Shown here one piece after another: positions 1-9,036 of a stretch of DNA of 64,000 bases. Made by a program: the position numbers and the translations under genes. Every line of letters starts with the position of its first letter. Position 1 is the stretch's first letter. Source of the DNA: Minisyncoccota bacterium (lineage in GTDB: Bacteria; Patescibacteriota; Minisyncoccia; Phycocordibacterales; UBA9973); contig JBAYKP010000002.1 in NCBI GenBank assembly GCA_041664465.1, positions 21,190 to 85,189 on the forward strand, read 5' to 3'. Below the pieces are notes generated by a model. That model did no database searches. It had not been told where the DNA came from and worked only from the letters and a program-made list of their open reading frames with translations.

Positions 1-33
1 GCTTGTAGAAATAATCGGCTAATTAATGACCAC

Positions 34-68
34 ATGTCTGACATAGGGGAATCCCCCATGTCAGACAT
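34..68 (+). promoter_or_regulatory. Intercistronic perfect hairpin (11-bp stem atgtctgacat/atgtcagacat enclosing gggg-aat-cccc) between a presumed upstream gene stop (taa 20-22) and the rplD start
   Basis: Reverse-complement arms read directly from the sequence. The ATG at 34 lies inside the stem. Confidence 0.4.
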
Positions 69-81
69 GTGGACAAACTTT

Positions 82-750
82 ATGGAAACACAAATATACA
101 ACCAAAAAGGTAAGTCTGTTGGTAAGTTTGAACTCCCAGAATCAATCTTTGGTGTGCCTTGGAATGGTGACTTAGTTCACCAAGTAGTGACTGCCATGCA
201 AGCTAATGCTCGCACACCAGTCGCTCATACCAAGGACAGATCTGAAGTTCGTGGAGGAGGTAGAAAGCCTTGGAAGCAGAAAGGTACAGGGCGCGCCAGA
301 CATGGATCATCTCGTTCCCCAATCTGGGTAGGTGGAGGAGTGGCTCACGGACCTAGAAATGAAAAGAGTTATGAACAAAAGATAAACAAAAAGATGAAAG
401 CCAAAGCTCTCTTTACAGTTCTCTCTGAGAAATTCCGAAAAGGGCAAATTATCTTCCTCGAAGAATTAAATCTTAAGAATATCAAAACGAAAGATGCTGT
501 CGCTGTAATAAAAGATTTAAGTTCTTTGAAAGGATTTGAAAAGATGATTGGTGGCAAAAAGCCAAATACATTTATTTCAGTTCCTGCAAAGGGAGATATA
601 GTTAAGAAGAGTTTTGCAAATATACAAACCGTCGAAGTCGATGAAGTTCGCAATATGAATCCAGTAGATTTGCTTGCTTATCGTTATATTATTATCTCAC
701 AGCCTACAGAGAGTATTGCTTTCTTAGGTGGTAAGATAGAAAAAAAGTAA
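82..750 (+). CDS. rplD: 50S ribosomal protein L4
   Basis: Translation carries L4 hallmarks (KPWKQKGTGRARHGS..., GGGVAHGP). An internal ATG at 82 is preferred over the ORF-track start at 34, which lies in the hairpin. Confidence 0.88.
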   Translation: METQIYNQKGKSVGKFELPESIFGVPWNGDLVHQVVTAMQANARTPVAHTKDRSEVRGGGRKPWKQKGTGRARHGSSRSPIWVGGGVAHGPRNEKSYEQKINKKMKAKALFTVLSEKFRKGQIIFLEELNLKNIKTKDAVAVIKDLSSLKGFEKMIGGKKPNTFISVPAKGDIVKKSFANIQTVEVDEVRNMNPVDLLAYRYIIISQPTESIAFLGGKIEKK

Positions 751-751
751 T

Positions 752-1084
752 ATGACTACAACAAAAACAAAAAAGAATAAAGAAGAAGTAGTAGATGACA
801 CAAAGAAATTAAAAACTCATCCTCTAATCAAAGGAGTTCGTGTAACTGAGAAGGCTGCACTTGCAGCTGAGAAGGGAGCATACACTTTCAATGTAGAAGA
901 TAATGCAAACAAGAATGAAATAAAAAAAGCTATTAAATTAATTTATGGAGTAAACCCAGAACGCGTAGCCATAATTCAGATTAAAGAGAAGAAAGTTGTT
1001 CGTCGTGGAAAGATTGGCACAAAAAAGGGAGGCAAGAAAGCGGTCGTATTTTTAAAAAAGGGTGATAAAATAACTATTGCATAA
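752..1084 (+). CDS. rplW: 50S ribosomal protein L23
   Basis: 110 aa, with L23-like motifs and the conserved position after L4. Confidence 0.88.
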   Translation: MTTTKTKKNKEEVVDDTKKLKTHPLIKGVRVTEKAALAAEKGAYTFNVEDNANKNEIKKAIKLIYGVNPERVAIIQIKEKKVVRRGKIGTKKGGKKAVVFLKKGDKITIA

Positions 1085-1937
1085 TATGAAAAAATACAAA
1101 CCAACAACGCCTTCAAAAAGGCACCAAACCACAGTTACTTACAGAAATATTCTAACCAAGAGTGAGCCACTTAAATCTTTAACTCATGGTTTCAAGAGAT
1201 CTGTCGGACGCAACAATCAGGGACGTATTACTGTTCGCCACAAAGGTGGAGGACACAAGAGACTTTATCGTGAAGTGGACTTTATGTACAACAAGCATGA
1301 TATTCCTGCCAAGATAGCTTCTATTGAATATGATCCAAATCGTAATGCATTTATAGGCTTGGCCGTTTATGCAGATGGCGAGAAGCGTTATGTCGTTCTT
1401 CCAAAGTCAGTAAAGGTTGGAGACAAATTTATGGTAAGTGAAAAGGCACCATTAACTGTCGGAAACCGCTTACCACTTAAATATATTCCAGTTGGTACTT
1501 TTGTTTACTGCGTTGAAATCAAGGCAGGGAACGGAGGAAAATTAGCACGTAGTGCAGGAGTGTTCGGACAAGTAGTAGCAAACGACCTAGGATATACAAA
1601 CATCAAAATGCCATCAACAGAAGTCCGCAAAGTTTCTGAGAATGCTTGGGCAAGTATTGGCGAAGTTTCAAACTCTGAATACATACTTCAAAATATAGGT
1701 AAAGCAGGACGTTCTCGCTGGCTCGGAATTCGCCCTACAGTTCGTGGAACTGCTATGAACCCAGTAGACCATCCACACGGTGGAGGGGAAGGACGCCAAG
1801 GACGTGGTCTCCGCAGAGCAAAAACTATGTGGGGTAAGCCATCAGGAAAAGGCCAGAAGACTCGTACTCCAAAGAAATATTCAAATATGTGGGTTGTTTC
1901 AAGAAGAAAAGTTGGAAAGGCAAAGAGTTCAAAATAG
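1077..1937 (+). CDS. rplB: 50S ribosomal protein L2
   Basis: 286 aa. Motifs VRHKGGGHKRLYR and PHGGGEGRQGRG are characteristic of L2. Confidence 0.95.
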   Translation: MHNMKKYKPTTPSKRHQTTVTYRNILTKSEPLKSLTHGFKRSVGRNNQGRITVRHKGGGHKRLYREVDFMYNKHDIPAKIASIEYDPNRNAFIGLAVYADGEKRYVVLPKSVKVGDKFMVSEKAPLTVGNRLPLKYIPVGTFVYCVEIKAGNGGKLARSAGVFGQVVANDLGYTNIKMPSTEVRKVSENAWASIGEVSNSEYILQNIGKAGRSRWLGIRPTVRGTAMNPVDHPHGGGEGRQGRGLRRAKTMWGKPSGKGQKTRTPKKYSNMWVVSRRKVGKAKSSK

Positions 1938-2150
1938 AGACCCCTCAGTCCTACGGACAGCTCCTTACAGGAGCAGTACACCTTTCACATTTTGATTACA
2001 AAACGTTCAAGGTCTTGCGTTTGGGTCCCCTCCCAAACTCACCCCTTAGCAGGGGAGCAAAAACACACCCTAGAGTTAGGGTGTGTTTTGAATTTTCCTC
2101 CCCTGTGAAGGGGAGGTGGCTCTTAGCCGGAGGGGTGTTATAATAAGAAA
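1938..2150. other. GC-rich cluster of short hairpins in an AT-rich genome (ctcct-tac-aggag; acacaccc-tagagtta-gggtgtgt followed by a T-run at 2063-2096; cctcccc-tgtgaa-ggggagg at 2097-2116). Possible terminator or structured RNA after rplB.
   Basis: Inverted repeats read directly. The ORF-track ORFs here (1688-1981, 1780-1995, 1889-2143, 2116-2310) look spurious. Confidence 0.35.
2136..2144 (+). promoter_or_regulatory. Extended -10 (tgttataat) 6 nt upstream of the dgkA ATG; candidate leaderless promoter
   Basis: TGnTATAAT match with short spacing to the ATG at 2151 and no SD. Confidence 0.4.
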
Positions 2151-2528
2151 ATGGAAAAAATTAATGAAAAGAAAAGATTTTCAATTGTGGCGAGGGCGAA
2201 AAGTTTCACTCATGCAATTCGGGGGATTGGGGTATTGGTCAAAAGTACTCACAACTTTTGGATTCATATACTTGCAGCTATCATGGTTACTATTTTGGGT
2301 TATGTTTTAAAAATTTCTAATACAGAATGGATATTACTCGTATTTGCTATTGGTTTCGTAATGGTGACTGAGGCTATCAATACTGCGATAGAGATAGATA
2401 TAGACCTCACAAGTCCTACATACCATCCTTATGCTCGCGATACCAAGGATGTCGCTGCGGGTGCAGTTCTTATATCTGCCATTGTAGCAGTGATTGTAGG
2501 ATTGATAATATTTTTACCAAAAATATAA
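2151..2528 (+). CDS. dgkA: Diacylglycerol kinase / undecaprenol kinase (DgkA family)
   Basis: 125 aa with 3 TM segments. The EAINTAIE ... AAGAVLISAIVAVI block matches the prokaryotic DAGK signature. Confidence 0.8.
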   Translation: MEKINEKKRFSIVARAKSFTHAIRGIGVLVKSTHNFWIHILAAIMVTILGYVLKISNTEWILLVFAIGFVMVTEAINTAIEIDIDLTSPTYHPYARDTKDVAAGAVLISAIVAVIVGLIIFLPKI

Positions 2529-2530
2529 AT

Positions 2531-3337
2531 TTACCTATATTTATTTATTTCATCACGGAGTTTTCTCGCTTCTTCTTTAGGATTATCACTCCATATAATT
2601 GCTCGGGCGGAATTTATTATTAGACCAAGTCCTTCTTTATTCACTCCTTTGGTTATAATATTTTTTACTTCTCCTCCTTGAGCGCCAATACCTGGGACTA
2701 AGAATGTCATATCTTTTGCAATTGCGCGAGCTTCTATGAGATCATCTGGATTGGTGCCTCCCATCACAATCATTAAATTATTATTTGTATTCCATTCATT
2801 GCTAATTTTTTTAACAATGTATTTCCAAAGAGTTTCTTTATTTTCTAAAACGCAATCTTGGAATTCTCCTGCTCCAATGTTTGAAGTTCTAGCAAGAATT
2901 ATGGAGCATTTATCTTTTCTTTCTAGAAAAGGTTTTAAGGCCTCACTTCCTAGATATGGGTTCACTGTCACGGCATCAAATAGAAGCCAATCAAAGATAG
3001 AAGTGGCATAACCATTATTTGTATTTCCTATATCGGCTCTTTTAGCATCAAGAATAGTGAAAGCATCCCCATATTTTGAATTGATATAGTCCACTGTTTT
3101 TTTAAGGGCTTCCATTCCCTCTGTCCCGCGAGCTTCATAGAAAGCTACGTTAGGTTTGAAAGCCGCTGCATATTCATAAGTATTATCAATAATATATTTA
3201 TTGAATTGGAATTGTGCTTCGCTCCCTCCGAGGCTTTTGTATTTCTCAGGCAATTTATCAAAGTCAGCATCAAGGCCAACACATACGAGTGAATTTATTT
3301 TTCTAGCTCTTTCATTATATTTTTCTATAGGATTCAT
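2531..3337 (-). CDS. pyrF: Orotidine 5'-phosphate decarboxylase (type 2)
   Basis: The DAKRADIGNT motif (DxKxxDIxxT) and GLDADF. 268 aa. Confidence 0.82.
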   Translation of the reverse strand: MNPIEKYNERARKINSLVCVGLDADFDKLPEKYKSLGGSEAQFQFNKYIIDNTYEYAAAFKPNVAFYEARGTEGMEALKKTVDYINSKYGDAFTILDAKRADIGNTNNGYATSIFDWLLFDAVTVNPYLGSEALKPFLERKDKCSIILARTSNIGAGEFQDCVLENKETLWKYIVKKISNEWNTNNNLMIVMGGTNPDDLIEARAIAKDMTFLVPGIGAQGGEVKNIITKGVNKEGLGLIINSARAIIWSDNPKEEARKLRDEINKYR

Positions 3338-3364
3338 CCCGTGTGAAATTTATCTATTAATTAT

Positions 3365-4003
3365 TTATTGAAAACCATATTTCTTAGCCCAATTATGTGG
3401 ATTCCCATACCATTTTTTTACCATTACGCCGTCCATTTCTCCAATTACTCCCGAAGAAATTGCTTCACCAAAAATAATAGGGAAAGATGTCGTAGGATAA
3501 AGCTTCACCTTGGCTTTTTTGAAAGCCTCTTTTGCTTCATTAAAATCATAGCTTACAATTACTAAGCAGTCATTTACTATGCCTCCTTCATTGCGGATAG
3601 ATTCAATCCCTGCCAAGCTACTTCCACCAGTAGAAATCAAGTCCTCAATAAGTAAGACTTTTTTACCAGAAACATTACCTCCTTCAATCATACTTTTTGT
3701 CCCGTGCTCTTTGGCCTTTTTCCTGACGAAGATAGAAGGTTTATCCAACAAGAATCCCAAGGCTGCGCTGTGAGGTATACCACCTGATTCAACACCTGCG
3801 ATAATATCAAAATCAATTTTATTTTTCTCTATAATTTCTTTAAAACCATTTAGAACTATTTTCCATTCTTTGGGATGGAATGGAAGCTTCCTATTATCTA
3901 CATAGACTGGCGACTTGATGCCTGACTTGAAAGTTATCGGATTATCAATAGTAAAGCCGACAGCTTTTATTTTTATGAGGGCTTGAGCAATTTCTTTCTC
4001 CAT
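3365..4003 (-). CDS. pyrE: Orotate phosphoribosyltransferase
   Basis: PRPP-binding motif VLLIEDLISTGGS. 212 aa. Confidence 0.88.
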   Translation of the reverse strand: MEKEIAQALIKIKAVGFTIDNPITFKSGIKSPVYVDNRKLPFHPKEWKIVLNGFKEIIEKNKIDFDIIAGVESGGIPHSAALGFLLDKPSIFVRKKAKEHGTKSMIEGGNVSGKKVLLIEDLISTGGSSLAGIESIRNEGGIVNDCLVIVSYDFNEAKEAFKKAKVKLYPTTSFPIIFGEAISSGVIGEMDGVMVKKWYGNPHNWAKKYGFQ

Positions 4004-4012
4004 CAGTTCATA

Positions 4013-5077
4013 TTATAAGTTTTTAATCTCTTCTGCAAGGTAAGGGTTCCACATTGCACCAGTTGCCGACATCACGATATCGGCTCCAGCTTTGCGATAT
4101 TCTTTGAAATCTTCTTTCTTGGTGACTCCGCCCACTCCGATAATAGTGTATTTATAATGGAGTTCTTGGCGAATCTTTCTTAATCTTCTAACCATTTGAA
4201 GTCCTGCCCACTTGATAGAATATCCGCATACTCCACATCGTAGTCTATTCTCCCCGGGCAATGCTTGCTTGCCGTTTCGGTCTACTATACTAGATGCGAT
4301 TGTATTGATCGCTGAGATGCCATCTACAATTTTCCCAACTTGTTTTACAAAATCTTTCAAAAGAGTATTGTCTTCAAAATAGGCAATTTTTATAATAAGA
4401 GGTAATTTGCCGATTTCTTGTTTAATTGCACGGGCTACAGCCACACTACGATCCGTATCAAAGCATAGAAGATTAGTCGTTCCTTCATTGGGGCAACTTA
4501 GATTCACTTCAAAAACTTTTACGCCAGATTCTTTCAGAAGTTTAGCTGTTTTACGAAAATCATTTATGTAAGATTCTACATCACCATCTTCATTTTTAAT
4601 TCCTTGAAATGCTCCGACGACAATCTGTCCCTTCTTGGTATTTTTTATAACATTAGCGATGTCTTTTTGCCAAAACTTTGGATTTAAAGAAGGAACTCCG
4701 AATGAATTTGTTATAGAAAGTGGTTCGTGAAAATTATGATTAGCGATGAGTTTACCCTTTGCTTTTTCTAATGTTAGATCTCCCTTTATGTCGACTGATA
4801 GGATGTTGGGCCACTTATGGCAAGGGAATTCCTTACTACGGACGGTCTTGTAAGTTACAATATCGAAGCCTTTATTTAAAGCTCCTTTTACAAATTTCCC
4901 ATTGATGAGAGGGCCGGCTGGAATACCGAAAGGTGAATACACCTTGTGTCCGAAAAAGTTATATTGTGGTTCACTTTTTTGCTCTACTACTTTTTTATCA
5001 GCAAAATATCCAAACGGCCCATCTTTTAGATTTTCCTCATAAGTTTTTTCTGGATCGTAAAAAGGTTTTTGAAGCAT
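4013..5077 (-). CDS. pyrD: Dihydroorotate dehydrogenase-family flavoprotein
   Basis: NLSCPN motif, glycine-rich FMN-binding C-terminus (IGVGGV), and pyr gene neighbourhood. Confidence 0.72.
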   Translation of the reverse strand: MLQKPFYDPEKTYEENLKDGPFGYFADKKVVEQKSEPQYNFFGHKVYSPFGIPAGPLINGKFVKGALNKGFDIVTYKTVRSKEFPCHKWPNILSVDIKGDLTLEKAKGKLIANHNFHEPLSITNSFGVPSLNPKFWQKDIANVIKNTKKGQIVVGAFQGIKNEDGDVESYINDFRKTAKLLKESGVKVFEVNLSCPNEGTTNLLCFDTDRSVAVARAIKQEIGKLPLIIKIAYFEDNTLLKDFVKQVGKIVDGISAINTIASSIVDRNGKQALPGENRLRCGVCGYSIKWAGLQMVRRLRKIRQELHYKYTIIGVGGVTKKEDFKEYRKAGADIVMSATGAMWNPYLAEEIKNL

Positions 5078-5081
5078 AAAT

Positions 5082-6146
5082 TTATTTATTATTAATTATC
5101 ACACCATTTTCTAAAATTTTCTCTCCATTTATCACGACTGTTTGTGGTTTGCCGTAGAGAGTCATTCCTTCAAAGGGGGACCAGCCGCATTTACTTTCAT
5201 ATCCATTCTTTCCTGCGATATATGAAAGCTTTGGGTCAAGTTCTATATAAGTATCATTCTGATCTGGAATATTGAAAATCTTTTTAGGATTGGTATATAG
5301 AAATTTTATGACTTCCTCATTCGTGATACGTCCATCTTGCACAGCCTTATACATAAGCCCTAACGTCGTCTCAAGTCCGGGGACTCCAAAGGCGGGAGAT
5401 TTGCCGTCTGTCCCTATCTGTTTTTCTTCTTTGGTATGTGGAGCATGATCTGACTCTACTATATCAATAGTGCCATCTTTTAATCCTTCCCACAACGCTT
5501 CTATATCTTCACGATCTCCTAGCGGTGGTTTCATCATAGCGTAGCCCTTTAAATCTTCCAGAGCTTCCTTTGTAAAATATAAATGATGAGGAGTTACTCC
5601 GGCAGTTACTTCCTGCCCTCTTCTCTTTGCTTCTCTTACCATCTCTACTTCGCTTTTTTGTGAAATATGACATACGTGAAGTCTTCTCTTGTATTTGTCT
5701 CCTAGCGAAAGGACTCTCGCAAGTTGCTCTCCTTCAGCGTGGACGAGTATTGGCTTTGGAGAATTCCAATTAGAAAAAACATCTTCAAGTAATTTAGAAT
5801 CTTCAATTAGCATTTCACCTGTTGTATGGTTGCAATAAACTTTTAAGCCAAAGACATTTGGGGATTCTATCGCATAGATAAATTCTTCAATATTTTTTCC
5901 ATTAGTTCCGAAATGAAATCCAATATTACACAAAGCCTTTTCTTTTGATAAGTTAACTTTTTCTTCTAGTCTGATGCGGGATATCGTAGGGGTAGGGTTG
6001 TTCGGCATATCAACGATAAAAGTGAATCCTCCAGCGATAGCAGCTCGACTTCCGGTATAGAAATCTTCTTTATGGGTGCTCCCTGGTTCGCGTAGATGAA
6101 CGTGGATATCAATTAATCCCGGAATCTTTTGTAATGACATAGACAC
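5082..6146 (-). CDS. pyrC: Dihydroorotase
   Basis: N-terminal metal-binding motif DIHVHLREPG and an amidohydrolase-fold pattern. 354 aa. Confidence 0.82.
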   Translation of the reverse strand: MSMSLQKIPGLIDIHVHLREPGSTHKEDFYTGSRAAIAGGFTFIVDMPNNPTPTISRIRLEEKVNLSKEKALCNIGFHFGTNGKNIEEFIYAIESPNVFGLKVYCNHTTGEMLIEDSKLLEDVFSNWNSPKPILVHAEGEQLARVLSLGDKYKRRLHVCHISQKSEVEMVREAKRRGQEVTAGVTPHHLYFTKEALEDLKGYAMMKPPLGDREDIEALWEGLKDGTIDIVESDHAPHTKEEKQIGTDGKSPAFGVPGLETTLGLMYKAVQDGRITNEEVIKFLYTNPKKIFNIPDQNDTYIELDPKLSYIAGKNGYESKCGWSPFEGMTLYGKPQTVVINGEKILENGVIINNK

Positions 6147-6196
6147 ATATTACCATTTTTGCTAAAAAAGCAAAAAACCATGGGGATATAAGTGGG

Positions 6197-6225
6197 TTGA
6201 CTTTTATTTTAGATTTGATAGTATG
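6197..6225 (+). promoter_or_regulatory. Candidate sigma-70 promoter (ttgact - 16/17 nt - tagtat) restarting transcription of rpsS..rplE after the convergent pyr block
   Basis: Motif match only. Confidence 0.35.
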
Positions 6226-6273
6226 AATCAACAGCTCGTTTGAGCTTATTTATATTGCAAAACATTAAAACAA

Positions 6274-6618
6274 ATGACAAGATCACTAAAGAAAGGACCA
6301 TATGTAGATGAAAGGCTTTTGAAAAAGATTGCCGGAAAGAAACCACTTGAAACTGGCGTTATTAAGACTTGGTCTCGTGCCTGCGTCATCTCACCAGAGA
6401 TGGTTGGTTTCGTATTTGGAGTCCATAATGGTAAGGTTCATGTAGAAGTACTCGTCAGTGAAGATATGGTAGGTCACCGACTTGGTGAATTCTCTCTCAC
6501 TCGTAAGTTCGTCCGACACGGAGGTAAGATGCAGAAAGAACTTGAAGCAAAGAAGAAAGAATCAGAGATAACCGCAGCAAAGTCAGCTAAAGCCGCAACA
6601 GATACTAAGAAAAAATAA
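6274..6618 (+). CDS. rpsS: 30S ribosomal protein S19
   Basis: [12 protein letters not shown] ... HNGK motifs. Confidence 0.95.
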   Translation: MTRSLKKGPYVDERLLKKIAGKKPLETGVIKTWSRACVISPEMVGFVFGVHNGKVHVEVLVSEDMVGHRLGEFSLTRKFVRHGGKMQKELEAKKKESEITAAKSAKAATDTKKK

Positions 6619-6628
6619 TTAATCTAAT

Positions 6629-7051
6629 ATGAAAGCATTTTTAAAAAATTACAGACAGTCTCCTCGCAAGGTTCGCCTTGTAGCAGACTTAATCAAAGGG
6701 AAAAGGGTTTCCGAGGCTTTTACGCAATTAGAGAACTTGCCTAAGAGAGCTTCTTTACCTGTAAAGAAGCTCTTGGCTTCAGCTGTCGCTAATGCCAAAA
6801 GTGCAGGAATAAATGAAGCTGATCTATACATAGCCAATGTCACAGTCAATGAAGGTATAGTTATGAAGCGTTCAATGCCTCGTGCACGTGGATCGGCTTC
6901 TCGAATCAACAAGAGAACTAGCCATATAATGCTTACTCTTATCGAGAAAAATGAAGCGAAAGTTAAAAAAGTTGTCAAAGAAGTTAAAGTAGAGAAGAAA
7001 GTGGCAGTTAAGAAGTCGAAAACAGTTAAAAAGCTAGAACCTAAAAACTAG
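6629..7051 (+). CDS. rplV: 50S ribosomal protein L22 (Lys-rich C-terminal extension)
   Basis: L22 motifs (SPRKVRLVADLIKGK). Confidence 0.9.
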   Translation: MKAFLKNYRQSPRKVRLVADLIKGKRVSEAFTQLENLPKRASLPVKKLLASAVANAKSAGINEADLYIANVTVNEGIVMKRSMPRARGSASRINKRTSHIMLTLIEKNEAKVKKVVKEVKVEKKVAVKKSKTVKKLEPKN

Positions 7052-7073
7052 AACCTATAACCTATTTAAATAT

Positions 7074-7757
7074 ATGTCAAAAGTTGTCCATCCATACGCA
7101 CATAGATTAGTAACCTTAAGAGATTGGAAGTCTCGCTGGTTTGCCGATAAGAAATACAAAGATTTGCTCAAGAGTGATGTTGTTATTCGTGAATTTCTTA
7201 TGAAGAAGTTGCGTGGTTTTTATATTTCTAGAATTGAAATAGACAGAAGTGCTAAGGCCACGAAAGTTATGGTTTTCACATCTCGCCCTGGTATGATCAT
7301 TGGCCGTTCTGGTGAAGGTGTCTCTAAACTTAAAGGAGAATTAACTGCTGTTATGAAGAAGCACAATGTCATCATCCCTGAAGATTTCAAATTTGATATA
7401 GTAGAAGTTACCAATCCAGATGCTGATGCTGCAATTGTAGCTTGTATGATTGCCGAAGGTCTTGAGAAGCGTCTTCCTTTCCGCCGTGTTATGAAGCAAA
7501 CAATTGAGAAAGTAATGACTGCCCGTGGAGTGAAAGGAGCTCGTATATATCTAGGAGGACGATTGGGAGGTGCCGAGATTGCTCGTAGTGAGCAGATCAA
7601 ACGTGGTTCTATTCCTCTTCAGACTTTCCGTGCTGATGTAGATTTCGCTCGCGAGAAAGCTCATATGAGTTATGGAGATATTGGTATTAAAGTTTGGATT
7701 TATCGTGGAGAAATTTTTAATAGTAATGAGAAAAACCCTCCAAAAGTGGGCCGATAA
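7074..7757 (+). CDS. rpsC: 30S ribosomal protein S3
   Basis: KH and S3-C domain motifs (IGRSGEGVSKLK). Confidence 0.95.
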   Translation: MSKVVHPYAHRLVTLRDWKSRWFADKKYKDLLKSDVVIREFLMKKLRGFYISRIEIDRSAKATKVMVFTSRPGMIIGRSGEGVSKLKGELTAVMKKHNVIIPEDFKFDIVEVTNPDADAAIVACMIAEGLEKRLPFRRVMKQTIEKVMTARGVKGARIYLGGRLGGAEIARSEQIKRGSIPLQTFRADVDFAREKAHMSYGDIGIKVWIYRGEIFNSNEKNPPKVGR

Positions 7758-7763
7758 AATTTT

Positions 7764-8180
7764 ATGTTAACACCGAAAAAAGTAAAATATAGAAAATGGC
7801 AAACAAGTAGAACTGATATGACGAAAGTCACTCCAGACACTCGTGGTATTACTGTGGCTTTTGGAGCTTATGGACTTAAGGCTATCTCAGGTGGACGTGT
7901 TCGTGCAAATCAGATAGAATCAGCTCGTAAAGCAGGGCACAGAGCTCTCGGTAAGACTGGACGTATGTGGACTCGCATATTCCCTGACAGACCTTTCACC
8001 GCAAAGCCTGCTGAAGTAGGAATGGGAAAAGGAAAAGGAGATCCACAAGGTTATTGTTTGGATGTTCGTCCAGGTAGAATACTTTTTGAAGTAGATGGAA
8101 TAGGCGAAGTTATGGCCAAAGAAGCTCTTCGCAAAGCAGGGACCAAATTACCAGTGAAAACTCGCATCGTAGCAAGATAA
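7764..8180 (+). CDS. rplP: 50S ribosomal protein L16
   Basis: [11 protein letters not shown] ... typical L16. Confidence 0.95.
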   Translation: MLTPKKVKYRKWQTSRTDMTKVTPDTRGITVAFGAYGLKAISGGRVRANQIESARKAGHRALGKTGRMWTRIFPDRPFTAKPAEVGMGKGKGDPQGYCLDVRPGRILFEVDGIGEVMAKEALRKAGTKLPVKTRIVAR

Positions 8181-8184
8181 TAAT

Positions 8185-8427
8185 ATGGAAACAAAAATCA
8201 AAAAAACAAATAAAATTTTAAAAGGAGTCGTCGTTTCAGACAAGATGGACAAGACTGTTGTTGTGGAGGTGACTCGCTTTGTGGAGCACAAGAAATATGG
8301 CAAGAGAATTAAGAAGACCAAGAACTACAAAGCTCATGATGAAAATAATGTAAAGAAAGTAGGAGATATAGTCGAAATAGAAGAGACAAAGCCAATGTCT
8401 AAAGATAAGCATTTTAAAATAATCTAA
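8185..8427 (+). CDS. rpsQ: 30S ribosomal protein S17
   Basis: [16 protein letters not shown] ... [11 protein letters not shown]. Only 4 nt separate it from the rplP stop, so there is no room for rpmC. Confidence 0.9.
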   Translation: METKIKKTNKILKGVVVSDKMDKTVVVEVTRFVEHKKYGKRIKKTKNYKAHDENNVKKVGDIVEIEETKPMSKDKHFKII

Positions 8428-8434
8428 AAAACAT

Positions 8435-8806
8435 ATGATTCAAGACGGAACAGTAGTAGTAATAACAGATAATGCCGGCGGTAAAGTCGGAAAGGTTTTC
8501 AAAGTACTTGGTTCTTCCAAGAAGCGTTATGCTGCAATAGGTGAGAAGGTTATGATCTCAGTTAAGATTGCTGATCCTCGTAAGGCCGTCAAGAAGAAAG
8601 ATGTCCACCAAGCTGTTGTTGTCCGTACTGTCAAAGCTTATAGACGTAAGGATGGCTCATATATTCGTTTCGATGATAATGCTGTCGTGATTCTTGAAAA
8701 GGATAAGCTTGATCCAAAGGGAGGTCGCGTATTTGGTCCTATTCCACGTGAGCTTGCTGAAAAGGGTTACCAGAAAATTATTTCATTAGCACAGGAAGTT
8801 ATTTAA
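8435..8806 (+). CDS. rplN: 50S ribosomal protein L14
   Basis: [16 protein letters not shown] ... typical L14. Confidence 0.95.
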   Translation: MIQDGTVVVITDNAGGKVGKVFKVLGSSKKRYAAIGEKVMISVKIADPRKAVKKKDVHQAVVVRTVKAYRRKDGSYIRFDDNAVVILEKDKLDPKGGRVFGPIPRELAEKGYQKIISLAQEVI

Positions 8807-8810
8807 ATAT

Positions 8811-9029
8811 ATGAAAATCAAAAAAGGAGACAATGTAATAGTTATCGCAGGCGCAAGTAAAGGCAAGAAAGGTAAAGTCTTAAAGGCAGTTCCATCTTTA
8901 AATAAAGTTGTAGTGGAGGGGGTCAATACTCGCAAGAAAGCTCACAAGTCAAAGAACAAAGGAGACCCAAGTCAGATATTAGAAATTTCTATGCCAGTTC
9001 ATGTATCTAATGTTAAGAAAATAGATTAA
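8811..9029 (+). CDS. rplX: 50S ribosomal protein L24 (short, 72 aa)
   Basis: KOW-like [21 protein letters not shown]. Confidence 0.85.
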   Translation: MKIKKGDNVIVIAGASKGKKGKVLKAVPSLNKVVVEGVNTRKKAHKSKNKGDPSQILEISMPVHVSNVKKID

Positions 9030-9036
9030 AAATATT

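Noticed and set aside
369-653. Antisense ORFs inside ribosomal-protein genes (369-653, 6649-6978, 7220-7600, 9222-9536, 11691-12099, 12685-13173, 12792-13166, 13025-13213, 13854-14066, 14098-14292)
   Set aside because: Each lies wholly inside a strongly supported ribosomal or secY gene on the opposite strand. Low-complexity or Cys/Arg-rich translations typical of antisense frames.
1688-2310. Four overlapping ORFs in the rplB-dgkA spacer (1688-1981, 1780-1995, 1889-2143, 2116-2310)
   Set aside because: They overlap rplB or the GC-rich hairpin zone. Pro/Arg/Gly-rich translations reflect local GC, not protein.
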